A stretch of 64,000 nt of DNA, taken from a virus (Duplodnaviria; Heunggongvirae; Uroviricota; Caudoviricetes). The notes under the pieces are model-generated. The model did no database searches, was not told the DNA's origin, and saw only the letters and a program-made list of their open reading frames with translations. Below, piece by piece: positions 1-11,600 of the stretch; the stretch's first letter is position 1; each line of letters starts with the position of its first letter. The stretch is taken from positions 60,977-124,976 of IMG/VR virus record IMGVR_UViG_3300042922_000323; one strand, given 5' to 3'. The position numbers were made by a program, and so were the translations under genes.

Positions 1-3000
1 ACTTCGCATCTTCATATCTTGGAACATTTTAGTGGCTACAAGTTGCTTTAGCCCGTATGAGTTAGCCCAGTCTACTACTTGTCCACCTGTCTTACGTTCG
101 CCTTTAGCCGCCTTCCACAAATCCATGTCAAAGAAGTGTTCCTCTTTGTCTCCACCGCTAATAATTAAGTGGTTAATCGTCCTAGAGTTATCAATGGTTT
201 TACTGACACTAACTATATTCTCAGTATCCCTAAAGGTGTAAACTGGAATTGAGCTATACATTACAGGTGTTGCCCAGTAAGTACCATAGTAGTCGCATCT
301 CTGCCAATAACCAACATTCTGGCATAGCTCGTCCGCCGCATCACCTAAATTAGTACCAACTTTGAACGGGGTATTAATCCACACACAAGGGTTTCTATAT
401 CCACCATCTACAGGCAGACTATCTATTGACTTAACAACGGGTATGTTATCCTGTATTGCAACATATGTTCCGTTTGTAGGTGATAGGTCAGTGTAGTATG
501 ACTCTTCTACCACTATGTCAGGGTAAGCTAAGTCATCTGACTTAACTCTCCAAGAACTCATTCCCGCCTTACTAGCCATGTCACAAATAACCGATGAAAC
601 CAACCATGCAGTATTCTCGTCTTCTGGTGGGTACTTCAACTCGCTGTAAATATAGTAGTTGTTAAGTTTCTTCATCATATCGGTGCATCTAATGGTGAGT
701 GTTCTACTCTCGGAATCCATATCAACACTATCTATCAACCCTGTAAACTTCCTTGCGGGCTTATCACCGTAACCAATGTATATTCTTATAGGTGTATTTT
801 CATCCAACACTCCTATAATATCATCACCCTCGTACTCAACATACGGAGAAACTTGTGTAGCTTTACCACTATAGGAGTTGGGTTTGTAATCAGGAGAGTA
901 GAAGCCATCTTCGTTAGAAATAGTGATAATAGCTTCGGCACTTCTCATTTCATATTTGTTGTCAATCTCTACGGATATTACGTTTGGTAATGTGTATGTT
1001 CTATCGAATATGAAATTCCCAGTGTTAACTATCATAGAACTACTTTCCTTGGTCATTAACTGTCCAAGGTCTTCCCTAATATAGGAAATATTATCATTGT
1101 AATCTACTTCGTAGTAACCGTCCTGAGCTTTACCTCCATTAGCTATGGTCTCTCTAAGCTCTATTGTATCTCCTCTTTTCAATCTGCCTACAACATTGGC
1201 GAATGTAGACTTTCCATCCTGAATCTCTGCTTCATCTGCTGTTATAGTAATCCATTTTGAATCAACTGTGTTAGTGCTCACAACCTCTGCGGTTGACGAA
1301 TCATCTTTATTATTTTTATACAAGAACTGGTATAACGCTATCTCACCAATCCTAACATCGTCATTTCCTTCAATATTTCTTTCTCTCTCAATCTTAATGG
1401 TATGAGTACCACCAGACACAGGGGTTGAGAATGTCTGCCAGGTGTCAAACTTACCTGACCTAGACAGTACTACTTTACCGTCCACGTATATATTAAGTTT
1501 GTTACCCTGTGCACAGTCAAGTTTATATTTAACGTCTAATCTTCCTGCATTGAATACCGTTTTAGCAATTTGCACGTAATACTTCCCGTAAGTGTTCGTT
1601 AATGGGGTACAGTACAAATAGTTGGTTCTGTTTATCCAATCAGTAGAAACCAACCATACTGGCTTACCTTGGTAAGTAGTCTGCTGATATGTATTCTCAA
1701 CAGAAGACAGATAACCATACTGACTAAAATTGTCGTAGAACAACTTGTCGAGAGCATAGTCCGAAGTAATCGGTTTGCTGTTAGGTGTAAAGTACTTGGC
1801 GAGTACATAACCTACCTGTGTATTAGAGTACTTTACCTCATACCAAGCCCCCTCGTCATTTGTAACAGTCTGGTAATACTCAAATACATGTCCTGTATTG
1901 AAAGCTCCAAGAGTTGCGGCAGACACTGTAGGTTGCTTTCTGACATTTACTGCTGAACCCTTTATTGAACCAAAGGTTGAAGAAATAGACTCACCACCGA
2001 CATCGTCAGGAACGTCCCATGCTGTGGAATTAGTCATTATAGTCTGTAAGCAAGTCCATGTTTCATCAATCCACGATTGTCCGCTACCTGACCAAGTATA
2101 GGCTGTCCCCATATCTCCGCCATTGTGAAAATATTCCACATCGTCCTTGGTAGTGGTCTTAAAATTCTTGCTTTTCATTGAATCATATACACGCTTCGCT
2201 CCATAATACATCTGGTTATCAAAACCTTGATATTCGGGACGTGGGTGACCTTCTGCCCCTGTTACATCGTACCCAAGTATGGCATTTAAAGGCTCTTGAC
2301 CTGCTCCTGTAGTACCCATCTCAGTTTCATGCTGTGCAATTGCAAGTAGGAATCTATAATCTACGCCAGGGTACTTAGCCGCCTGAGTCTTTGCTGAAAG
2401 AATAATCTGCTGTCTTCTAGTAAGTGTTGAGCTTCCACCAGTACCACCGTCAAGGGTTACATACTTTCCATACACGTAGCCAGTGTCAGCCCCTGCTTTA
2501 ACTTTGTACCACTCACCAGTCTTACTAATAATTTCAAGTGAACTACCTTTAGCTAAAGTCTTTATAACCTTTGTAGTAATCTTCGGATATTGAAGTAAAT
2601 TAAGTACACTGGCATTAACTGTACCTGTCTGCCCCTCACCTGCCTGTATTGTAGCAACCTCACTAATATGGGAACTTCCCGTAAGATATGGAGTAGGGTC
2701 AACTGACTCACCAATATCTGCCTTTGTAGCATTTACACGTACATCAAAATGAAGGTGAGCACCTGTAGACCTGCCCGTGCTACCCATTTCTCCAATATGC
2801 TGTCCTTGTATAACTGTATCACCAGTTTTGACTAAAAGCTTAATCATATGTAGGTATCTGGTCATAATACCGTTGGCGTGTAATATCTGAATCATATTAC
2901 CACCAGTATCTGACCAACCCGCAAATGTCACAACTCCGTCAGCAACACAAAGAATGTCGTCACCTTCTCCACCGTCCATATCTAATCCGTGGTGCATTTC

Positions 3001-3294
3001 TGTCTTAGAATGGTCAAACGGGTTAGGTCTCATACCCCACTTACTTGTTATGACAACCTCTTTAAAATCCTTTCTTAAAGGGCATATCATATAAGAAGCA
3101 GAAGTTTCGTTTTCAGCCCCCTTTACAATTGCAGGGTCTGCTGAACTAGTCAAAAACTTAACTGTATCTATTTCAGTAGTTCCAGTAGGGTTGAAAACGA
3201 GCTTATCAACCTCCACTCGAATACTCACTCTTTTATTGCCAGTTTTAAGTTTACTTGCCAGTAAAGCTTTCTCTACTGGGTCAATATATTGCAT
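1..3294 (-). CDS. Tail-associated cell-wall hydrolase, multi-domain. It has an N-terminal tail domain, M23 peptidase motifs (HHGLDMDG and GSTGRSTGAHLHFDV), an SH3-like segment and a further muralytic-like region. The C-terminus is truncated by the window start.
   Basis: The reverse strand has an ATG at 3294 and I read the frame as open all the way to position 1. The M23 signatures sit at about 2760-3000, translated by eye. It is the last gene of the tail operon, after the tape measure and distal tail genes. An ORF with no stop inside the window would be absent from the ORF track by construction. Confidence 0.75.
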   Translation of the reverse strand, partial: MQYIDPVEKALLASKLKTGNKRVSIRVEVDKLVFNPTGTTEIDTVKFLTSSADPAIVKGAENETSASYMICPLRKDFKEVVITSKWGMRPNPFDHSKTEMHHGLDMDGGEGDDILCVADGVVTFAGWSDTGGNMIQILHANGIMTRYLHMIKLLVKTGDTVIQGQHIGEMGSTGRSTGAHLHFDVRVNATKADIGESVDPTPYLTGSSHISEVATIQAGEGQTGTVNASVLNLLQYPKITTKVIKTLAKGSSLEIISKTGEWYKVKAGADTGYVYGKYVTLDGGTGGSSTLTRRQQIILSAKTQAAKYPGVDYRFLLAIAQHETEMGTTGAGQEPLNAILGYDVTGAEGHPRPEYQGFDNQMYYGAKRVYDSMKSKNFKTTTKDDVEYFHNGGDMGTAYTWSGSGQSWIDETWTCLQTIMTNSTAWDVPDDVGGESISSTFGSIKGSAVNVRKQPTVSAATLGAFNTGHVFEYYQTVTNDEGAWYEVKYSNTQVGYVLAKYFTPNSKPITSDYALDKLFYDNFSQYGYLSSVENTYQQTTYQGKPVWLVSTDWINRTNYLYCTPLTNTYGKYYVQIAKTVFNAGRLDVKYKLDCAQGNKLNIYVDGKVVLSRSGKFDTWQTFSTPVSGGTHTIKIERERNIEGNDDVRIGEIALYQFLYKNNKDDSSTAEVVSTNTVDSKWITITADEAEIQDGKSTFANVVGRLKRGDTIELRETIANGGKAQDGYYEVDYNDNISYIREDLGQLMTKESSSMIVNTGNFIFDRTYTLPNVISVEIDNKYEMRSAEAIITISNEDGFYSPDYKPNSYSGKATQVSPYVEYEGDDIIGVLDENTPIRIYIGYGDKPARKFTGLIDSVDMDSESRTLTIRCTDMMKKLNNYYIYSELKYPPEDENTAWLVSSVICDMASKAGMSSWRVKSDDLAYPDIVVEESYYTDLSPTNGTYVAIQDNIPVVKSIDSLPVDGGYRNPCVWINTPFKVGTNLGDAADELCQNVGYWQRCDYYGTYWATPVMYSSIPVYTFRDTENIVSVSKTIDNSRTINHLIISGGDKEEHFFDMDLWKAAKGERKTGGQVVDWANSYGLKQLVATKMFQDMKMRS

Positions 3295-3306
3295 TGAGTT
3301 CACCCC

Positions 3307-4530
3307 TTATTTAAAGGCTTCCACCATTATTTTTCTGAACCTATTTAATAGTACCGCTGCTTCCGCTCTTGTTACAGGTGTGTCAATTCCAAACTTTCCA
3401 TGACCTTCACCATTGAATAAAAAGCTTCCATCAGCACATCTCATGTCTTCTAAGTCCCTAAAGTGTTCCCACCAATACGGCTTAGTAGCAGAACTTATAG
3501 CATTTTGAACATCTAAATACTTAGATGAAGTCTTGGTACTTCTCGGTGGTTCAGTATCTGAATACCTATAGTATAGGTTCATTCTCAATTTATTCAGCAG
3601 ACAAATGAAATCTATTCTAGGTAACTCTAGGTTAGGAAAGAATCTATCGTCATATTTAATGTTATCTGAGTGTGGTTGAACCTTAATGTATCGTGGCTTT
3701 GAAGTATACTCATATCTGGTGAGTACTGTACCTGTTATTATGCTGTTGTTAAGGCTATAGTGAACATACAGCCTACCATTCTCAATGGAATAATCACTGC
3801 TTTCCTTTATTAATGAAGAGTTCTCAACTCTCTTTAACTGAACTCCATTACATGACAAGGTCTCGGTATTTCTCAGATAAAATGGGTCATACACATACTG
3901 GTAATCACCTGTTATATTCAAACTTGCATAAGGCAACATCACAGGAGTACCATTATCAAGTTCTCTTATACCTGCTGTGGTTCTCACAACATTTTCATCG
4001 TTATAAATGTACTTTACATCTGTGGAACTCGGGTATTCCTTGACAGTAAACCATATCCCGTCGAAAGCTACAATGTCGAAAGTCGAGTTCTTGTATACCT
4101 TTTTATAGTAGCTGTCAATACTTGCACTATTTCGTAGCCAGGTATATTCGGTTATTATCTTAACAACCAACTGTGGTTCGCCACCATACACCAATCGCAC
4201 TACGGCATTTGCAGGTATCATCCTTCTGAATTTAATACGGGTTGTTCCCTTAGTTGTGTCAGGTGTTACTTCATCCAGTACTACAGATATTCCGTCAACA
4301 AACGCAATAAGAGGGTTGCTATCTGTAGCCTTAACCACAAAATTAACAACCTTCTCACTATGTGCTGACTTCTCTGAGTATGTGAAATCTATAGCTTCCT
4401 TACCTTCTTGAAAGGCATTGTATTCAATGCCCTCCAACAATTTTGAGCCATCAGCCATAGTCAAGTCTGCGGCTTCCTCTATGTGGTTGTAGTACCAACT
4501 GTAGGGTTGGACATCAATAAATCTGCTCAT
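3307..4530 (-). CDS. Distal tail or baseplate protein (407 aa). Its C-terminus is an SLH-like domain (…GKFGIDTPVTRAEAAVLLNRF…).
   Basis: ORF track. It sits between the Dit-like gene and the tail lysin. The C-terminus carries the TRAE motif typical of S-layer homology (SLH) domains. Confidence 0.5.
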   Translation of the reverse strand: MSRFIDVQPYSWYYNHIEEAADLTMADGSKLLEGIEYNAFQEGKEAIDFTYSEKSAHSEKVVNFVVKATDSNPLIAFVDGISVVLDEVTPDTTKGTTRIKFRRMIPANAVVRLVYGGEPQLVVKIITEYTWLRNSASIDSYYKKVYKNSTFDIVAFDGIWFTVKEYPSSTDVKYIYNDENVVRTTAGIRELDNGTPVMLPYASLNITGDYQYVYDPFYLRNTETLSCNGVQLKRVENSSLIKESSDYSIENGRLYVHYSLNNSIITGTVLTRYEYTSKPRYIKVQPHSDNIKYDDRFFPNLELPRIDFICLLNKLRMNLYYRYSDTEPPRSTKTSSKYLDVQNAISSATKPYWWEHFRDLEDMRCADGSFLFNGEGHGKFGIDTPVTRAEAAVLLNRFRKIMVEAFK

Positions 4531-4534
4531 TTTA

Positions 4535-5617
4535 CTACCCCCTCAACATTCTTTCTATCCATTTACGAGTGTTATTCAACATTGTTATAGCTTCTGCACG
4601 TGTAGCCCTGGCATTAGGTCTGTACGTGTAAACAGGGTTTCCTCTGCCATCTTGTGTAGATACGATACCCACATTAGCTATTTCCTGAATATCGTTATAT
4701 GCAAAGTGCTTACCGCCATTTGTGGTTACAGTGGCACTTACTGTAGTACTTAAACTATTAAAAGTGACCCCATTATAACTTGACAATTTAGGTGTAAGTT
4801 TCAATATGTTATATCCATAGTCTATACCAAAGTAGTCTTCATACCCCGCATCTTTTAATTGTTCTGCAAGTTTTGAAGGAATTACAAAACCTTCTATATT
4901 ACCTACAGCTACGGTGCTAGATGCTAAAGCGGCTATGTTACCTACAGCACTTGTCCCCGTAGACGTAGTAGCCTTGTATCCTCCATGAGCATTTGGTATT
5001 GTTAAATCAACATACTCACTCAACCCCCCGAATGTTAGGCGTATCTTCTGGTCTTGCCGCAGGTAGTATCCGTAATTAGTGAATTTAATGGTATGAACAG
5101 CCCCTGCTTCTAAGTCTGTATATTCAGCTAGTGAATCGGTAACTTCTCCCTCACTCTTTCGCACAGCCACAAGTTGAACCTTTACATCATATCTCTGACC
5201 TGCTTCTACCCTTGCAACTGTGGGTTGTTCAAGAATAGCTCCCATGTATATGCCGCCACGTTCATCATAGTACTTAAATGTATTGCCCATGTAGAACATA
5301 AAGTCCGAATAAGAAATACCGTCAGGGAATATCAATCTTAATTCAATTTTAAAAGAAGCTTTACCAGTGCCATGAATAATGGACTGACCACTGGCAAGTT
5401 TTATTTCCACATTTTTAGCAGTAGGAGAAGGAGGAGTATACTCCTCCACTATCCTTGCTATCTTTAAGTCTTCCCTTGTGACTCCATCAACAATAGGCTT
5501 AGCTATACTATTGGCAACCTCTGTCCAACCGTAACCAGTCTCCATAAACAATCTTCGTATAAAACTACTGTTGGTTTGGTATGCCATGTTGTTAACCATA
5601 GGTAGTTGCTGTGACAT
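4535..5617 (-). CDS. Distal tail protein (Dit-like, 360 aa) with a C-terminal SLH-like motif (…RPNARATRAEAITMLNN…).
   Basis: ORF track. It lies immediately downstream of the tape measure gene. It has a C-terminal TRAE motif. Confidence 0.45.
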   Translation of the reverse strand: MSQQLPMVNNMAYQTNSSFIRRLFMETGYGWTEVANSIAKPIVDGVTREDLKIARIVEEYTPPSPTAKNVEIKLASGQSIIHGTGKASFKIELRLIFPDGISYSDFMFYMGNTFKYYDERGGIYMGAILEQPTVARVEAGQRYDVKVQLVAVRKSEGEVTDSLAEYTDLEAGAVHTIKFTNYGYYLRQDQKIRLTFGGLSEYVDLTIPNAHGGYKATTSTGTSAVGNIAALASSTVAVGNIEGFVIPSKLAEQLKDAGYEDYFGIDYGYNILKLTPKLSSYNGVTFNSLSTTVSATVTTNGGKHFAYNDIQEIANVGIVSTQDGRGNPVYTYRPNARATRAEAITMLNNTRKWIERMLRG

Positions 5618-5633
5618 TCAAATCCCCTCCATC

Positions 5634-8600
5634 TTAAATCCTAAAGTTTCCGACCCTTCTACGGTACTGGTCAACAAGAGCATTTGTAATCTGAATGTTC
5701 TTGCTCTGTTGGTCTCTAATTGCATCAACTATAGGACGGGCAATATTCTTTTCAACTTCATCCTTTGTTGAACCGTATACATTGTCAATTCTAACGGTGA
5801 CGCTTGTTCCACCTTGGGTTATTGCAAGACTCTTCTCAGAGCTTCCGCCTAACAGGGACTCCTCATAAGTTAGAGGTTTTATACCCGAAGGAATGTTAAA
5901 TGTTGCCCCAGTCTGCATAGTCTTGTAAATCTTAACCAAGTTGTCACGGCTCTCCGCCTGTAACTGAGCAATTCTATTGAGAACATTTTCTCTATCATCC
6001 CCACTCAGAATATCAGCCTGTGCCTGTAACTTAGAAATAGAACTTGCTATCTCGCTGTTTCTATTCTGTAGAGCCTGTCTCTCAATACCTTGGTAGTAAG
6101 CTGAGTCTTCGCCGTAACCCTTCAATAAAGCATCATCTAATGCTATTTGAGACTTGGCATCAATATTGCTCAATTTAAGGCTTAGCCTACTATTTATATC
6201 ATCCACAGTACTCAGAATTGACTGGTACTTATTAACGCTAAGACCATCTATCTCTGCTTTCAACTGCTTAATTTGAGTCTCGTAATCCAGTTTTTCCTGA
6301 CCAACTACAGTTCCATTGTCTATCATGGACTGTAATCCGTTAATGGCTGTATGTTTAGCGGAGATTGCGGTAGTTATTCCGCTATTGGTAGCCGCCAGGT
6401 ATTCCTTAGAAGTCTGAGAATGTCCACCAAGTAAAGCCGCCGCCTGTGCTGACTGAGTTTCTGCATCAGCAGAAGCCACTGCACGCTCAGCATCATTGAG
6501 ATATTTTTCCCTTTGAGCGGTTGTTACTGCCTGTCTTCTCTGTTCCTCGTAAGCCGTCTGTTGCTGTTGCAACTCTTGGTAGTTCTTGTTAGCTTCTTTC
6601 CAAGCATCGTTAGTCTCGTATGTATCAGGCATAGCCTTCTCAATCATACTCATACGGTCTTTGACCTGTTCCGCCGCATCTTTAAATGCCGATATAACTG
6701 AGTCTAGCATAGAAACAGTTATCTTACGCACTTCATCAGAATCGCTTCTGTAACCCTGCATCATTAATGACTGGTTTTTCAATGCAAACTCAGTACTATA
6801 ATTGGAAGTATTGTAACCCAACTCAGTATTAATACGGGAAATCATCTGCTGTCCTTCTTCCACAGAAGTAACATCAGACCAACTAGTTTTTTGGCTATCG
6901 GCATGTGCCCCACCCGCCAAGTGTAGGTACGTAGCATCATACTTCTCTTGCTCTTTTTTCTGTTCCTCCGCCGCAAGTCTGTTAGCTTCCTTCTCTTTCT
7001 CGTCGAACTTCATCTCTTTAGCAATCTCTTCGGAAGACTTACCCTCAACAACTGCTTTCCACCACATTGCAAGGTAATCACCTGCTGACGTACCGTTTGG
7101 GCTAAGAGCACCAACGATAGCGTTATAGTTCATACCTATAGCTCCTATACCTGCTGAGAGCCTATCTTTGCTAGTTCTGTTCTTGTTGAAGTTCATTACA
7201 GAAGTTAAGGTGTTTTTGTCATTTGTAACATTCTGGTTAGCACTGGCGGCTTCTGTTAAAAGCTGTGCTTGTGCGGCATTGCCTACAACCTCCATACCTG
7301 CTGTTATTGCAAGCATAGTACCCGCACCCTTCAACGCTCCTAAACCCTTTGCCCCTAAACCCTTCAATCCTGCACTAGAGAACACACCGCCTAATGGAGT
7401 ACCTTTAGGTGTAACATTCAAACCGTTCAACTGGTTAAGGGTGGCTATATATTCTTGTGCTGAAATTCTACCTGCTTTAAACTCGGTAGAAAGTTTCACA
7501 ATAGCTTCATCTAATGAATAAGTTTTTCCTTGTGCTGTCATCTCAGCCTGTCCCAACGAATTAACGGTAACTTGGAACTGACTTCCTGAAATTCTAGCCG
7601 ATGCAAATGAAGTATTTAACTTCTTCATTCGTGCATCTAGTTTCTCAGTGTTAGCCCCTAACTGGGTATAAGCTGTCTGTAAACTACCTAACTGCTCGGT
7701 ATTCTGTGCTATCTTGGAATCAACGTCACCAGTCTGCTTCTGTACCTTGGTAGCTCTATTTGTACGCAGGTCTACAATGTTTGTAGCGTGCTGTACCTTC
7801 TGCTCTCCAAGAGTTATTTGGTTACCCAGGGCAGCTAATGAAGCTTCTTTTCTAGCTATGGCTCTTTGACGTTTAGCTATCTCTGTAGCATCAGCGTCAG
7901 GTCTTAATGAGTACTCGTTTAAGGCTGTCTTGTCCGCCGCAATTTCGTGAGTCATACGTTCCTGTCTGGCTATACGGTCAGCCTGGTCTTTTTCGAGTTC
8001 ATTTTTACGGGCTACTGCATTTGCTATGCCAGAAGAAAGTGCCGCCTGTTGTTCCACAAGGGAAGCTCTTCTTCTGCCAAGGTCAGCGTTGTTTCTAGCT
8101 ATAGGTGAAGCTTTAGCCATAAACTCTTCTTCCATTATAGTGCTCTTAATTCCACTCCATGCTTTCTGTCCTGCTTGCTTAGCTCCAAACGCTATAAGCA
8201 TGTTAGCGGCAAAGTGTAATGCGTTTGCAAAATCTTGTGCGTTATCACGAACAACCCTCATTATACCCATCAAGGTATCCATAGCTTCGCTTACATCTGG
8301 TTTGAAAGACTCAATTACAGAGAAAGAAGTAGTTTCCCACATAGTTCTAACTCTCTGACTCTTACCTTCCCATGTGTTAGCGAGAGCACCTATCATGGCA
8401 TCAACTTCTGCTTCCGCCGCACTCTGAATTTTCTTAATTAGTTCATCAGCAGACCTAGCACCATTTTTTGTTTCTTCCTCTGACAACTTATCCATATCCT
8501 GCATAAGTGAGGCTATATTTAATGCTCCACCAATTTGGAACTTCTTAAATACTTTAACCATCATATCCATTGCTTCTTGTTCCTGACCTCTTGCTCTCAT

Positions 8601-11600
8601 TTCAGAAGCAACATCAATAACATCTAAGAACATGTTATACCCGCTCTTAGCTCTTGTTTCTTCCCTACCATTGGCTTGTTTAGTGGTAACATAAGGGTCA
8701 AGTCTTTCATAACCAGGGGTCTGAGAGAAGTTATGGAGGTAGTTTGCAATCTCCTCCTGGTAAGGGGACATCAATATAGACTTCCAGAATGTACCTGCGT
8801 CTTTACCTGAAGCCGCAGTTGCTTGTACAAACAAGGACTGCATAGCCGCACCAGTAGCAAATGCTCTATTCTGCCAGTCAGCATACTTTTCACCCTCATT
8901 TTGTGGAAGTATGGCTCTCCATACACCACCAGACTTACCCATCGCTTCTAATATGTCATTAGAAGTCGCCTGTGACAGCATGGCAGTCTTAATAACCATG
9001 TTAGATACTTGGTCTAACTGGTAACCATTAAAGCCCCACTGGGACGCTATAGCTTCAAGACCTTTAGCCGCATCTTCGGGAGAAATTTCATCACGTTCGG
9101 TTGCGTATATTTTACCTGCCGCCCTAGAGAGTGCTAACGCTTCATATGGGTCGTCAAGTCTTCTACTTGCAATCTGCCAAATCTTACCCATATCAGCCTG
9201 TGGAATAGCGTATGCTATAGCTGTATCTTGTAAAGGTCTTATAGCACCTTCTCTTGACATGTACTGTAATCTGTTCTGTTCTTCCTGAACATACTTATCT
9301 CTATTAGTCGCCAACTCTGCATCAGAAATACCATATGAACCCAATCCAAGAGCTTGCTCATTACGCAGTTTTACTCTGCTCTGTGCGGCTTCACTCATAT
9401 TATCTTTTGCTATAAAGTTCTGTCTTGCTTTTTCTAAATCGTAGTCAAATGACTTAGCTGACTCCCATGCGTCCATCATCATAAACATAGGAGCACTCAT
9501 TAACTGGTTCGCTACAATATATCTCATGGTGTTTATAACAGCACCTTGGAAGGTTCTAGTGTCTCCACCTGAACTTAATCTAGTGCCTTTACCGCCTATT
9601 CCAGGTACAGCCGCCGCTACAGGCATAATTTCCTCACTTGCAGGAGTAGCACTAACAGACCTTTTAGCTCCCGTGTTTACAGCAGAAGTAAGCTTCTGTT
9701 GAGCCGAAGCAGAAGGAGTATAACCAACACTAACGGGCATAAGTTTCATAGCTCTTATTTCGTTAGTCATAAACTGGAACTGTTCATTAAGAATTTGTTT
9801 AATCTTCTTGACAATTTCCTCTTGGAGGTTAGTCATACGTCTAGTAAGGTCATGAACAGCTTCTATGTTAGGCTGAATATCAACCTTACCTATTGCTTCA
9901 TGGTAATCCTTAATAGCCTGTACAGTGTTCCTCTGTAATTGTTGGTGGAACTTCTGCATAACAGCCGCCATGTTCTCCCTCATTATTTTATTCATGAGGT
10001 CTTCCCCACCTGCTTCCTGTGAAAGTACAGGGTTTGCAGAGTTAAATTCATTAACAGTCATGTTAGCTTCTTTAGCTAAAGCCTTTCTAACTGCGGGGTG
10101 TAGTGAGGAATATTTAACTTGGTAAGGAGCAGTACTGTCGGCTGTCATCATAGATGCTGAAACCTTACCGATATAGTTTGTTAGGTAATTGTTCAGAGCA
10201 TTATCTAATCCACCTATTGCACTTCTTACATTAACACCTTCTGTAAGCTGTTCGCCACTAACGGTGTTAAGGTCAGTCTCAACCTGTACACCCGCCCTCA
10301 TAAGCATTGAAATAAACCCGTTCTTCACAGGGTCTATAACTGCAACCTTTAACTCAGCAGGACTAATGCTGAACTCACCAACATTAGCTGTAGTAGTTAC
10401 AGGGGTTTCGTTTGGCTTGATCTTAGGAGGTCTTCCTCTCTTCTTAGGCGCAGGAGTAACTTCTGCGGTGGTTGAAGGAAGTGTACCACCCACAAATCTC
10501 TCAACACTTGCTTGAATGGTTTGCTCAACTTTCTCTGTAGCTAATTTAACTAACCACTCTAAGTTGAGGTCAACAGGCTCTCCGACTATAACCTTAGTTT
10601 GCTCAACTACTTTTTCAAGTGAAGCCGCCGCTTCTAACTGAGCCTTAACAACACCTTCACTGCTTGCTATAGCAGTTTTCATTGGGTCTAGTATAGCCTT
10701 TTGAGCTTTATCAAGCATACCAAGTATATAATTATCTACGAATGTAGCAATATTGCTAATAACGGACTTATACTGACTTACATTTAATGTACCTTCTGGT
10801 ATAGTAGCTATGGCTGTTTCAGCTTCAACAATAAAATTATAGATTCTAGCCATAGTTGTAGCTTTTAAATCAGATATTGCACTGGCTATCCTCTTAATTT
10901 CAGTGGCAGAAGAACCCATTTGTAATCTTCCTAAGTCAGAAGTTATAGCAGTAATCTCCTGTGCTATAGTACGAAGGTTCTCTCTAAACCTGGTCATGTT
11001 TGTATCAAAGTTTGGTATAGCCGCCAAAACCTTATCATCACCAATGATAAAATTATCAATGTTTGAAATCTTCTCTCTAATGTTGTTCATTAGAGCAACA
11101 AGCTTTTTGGAGTCAACCTTAATAGGAGGTATCTCAGGAAATTCAAGTTTAACTACAGATGCTAAAGCATCATTCAACTTCTCTTCCACTGTACCCAGTA
11201 GTGCCTTCATGTGGTCACCAGTAACTCTCAGGTTTAATTTAGGTTTATTACCACCTTCCATCTCGTCCTTAAAGAAGTCCCACTCAAACTTCAAACTTTT
11301 TTGAAGTGAGGTGTTTATAAAAGACTCAAACTTCTCCTGAATGAGACTTCTGTGAGCCTTGGTTAATCTAACTTTAGACAGCACAAAATCATCAAAGCTT
11401 ATATTTCTAACAAGCCCATCCCTTATATTGTCAACTAATTTTTTCTGCTGTGCTTGGTTAAGAGATATATCAAACTTTTGGAAGTTACCCTTAAACACAA
11501 GCTCTTTATTAAGCAGAGCATAACCAATAGCGTCCTCAATTCTTTGTTTAAGCTTAGTGCTTAACTCAACAGTTTCGGGAGCAAGGTTCTTGCTACTAAC

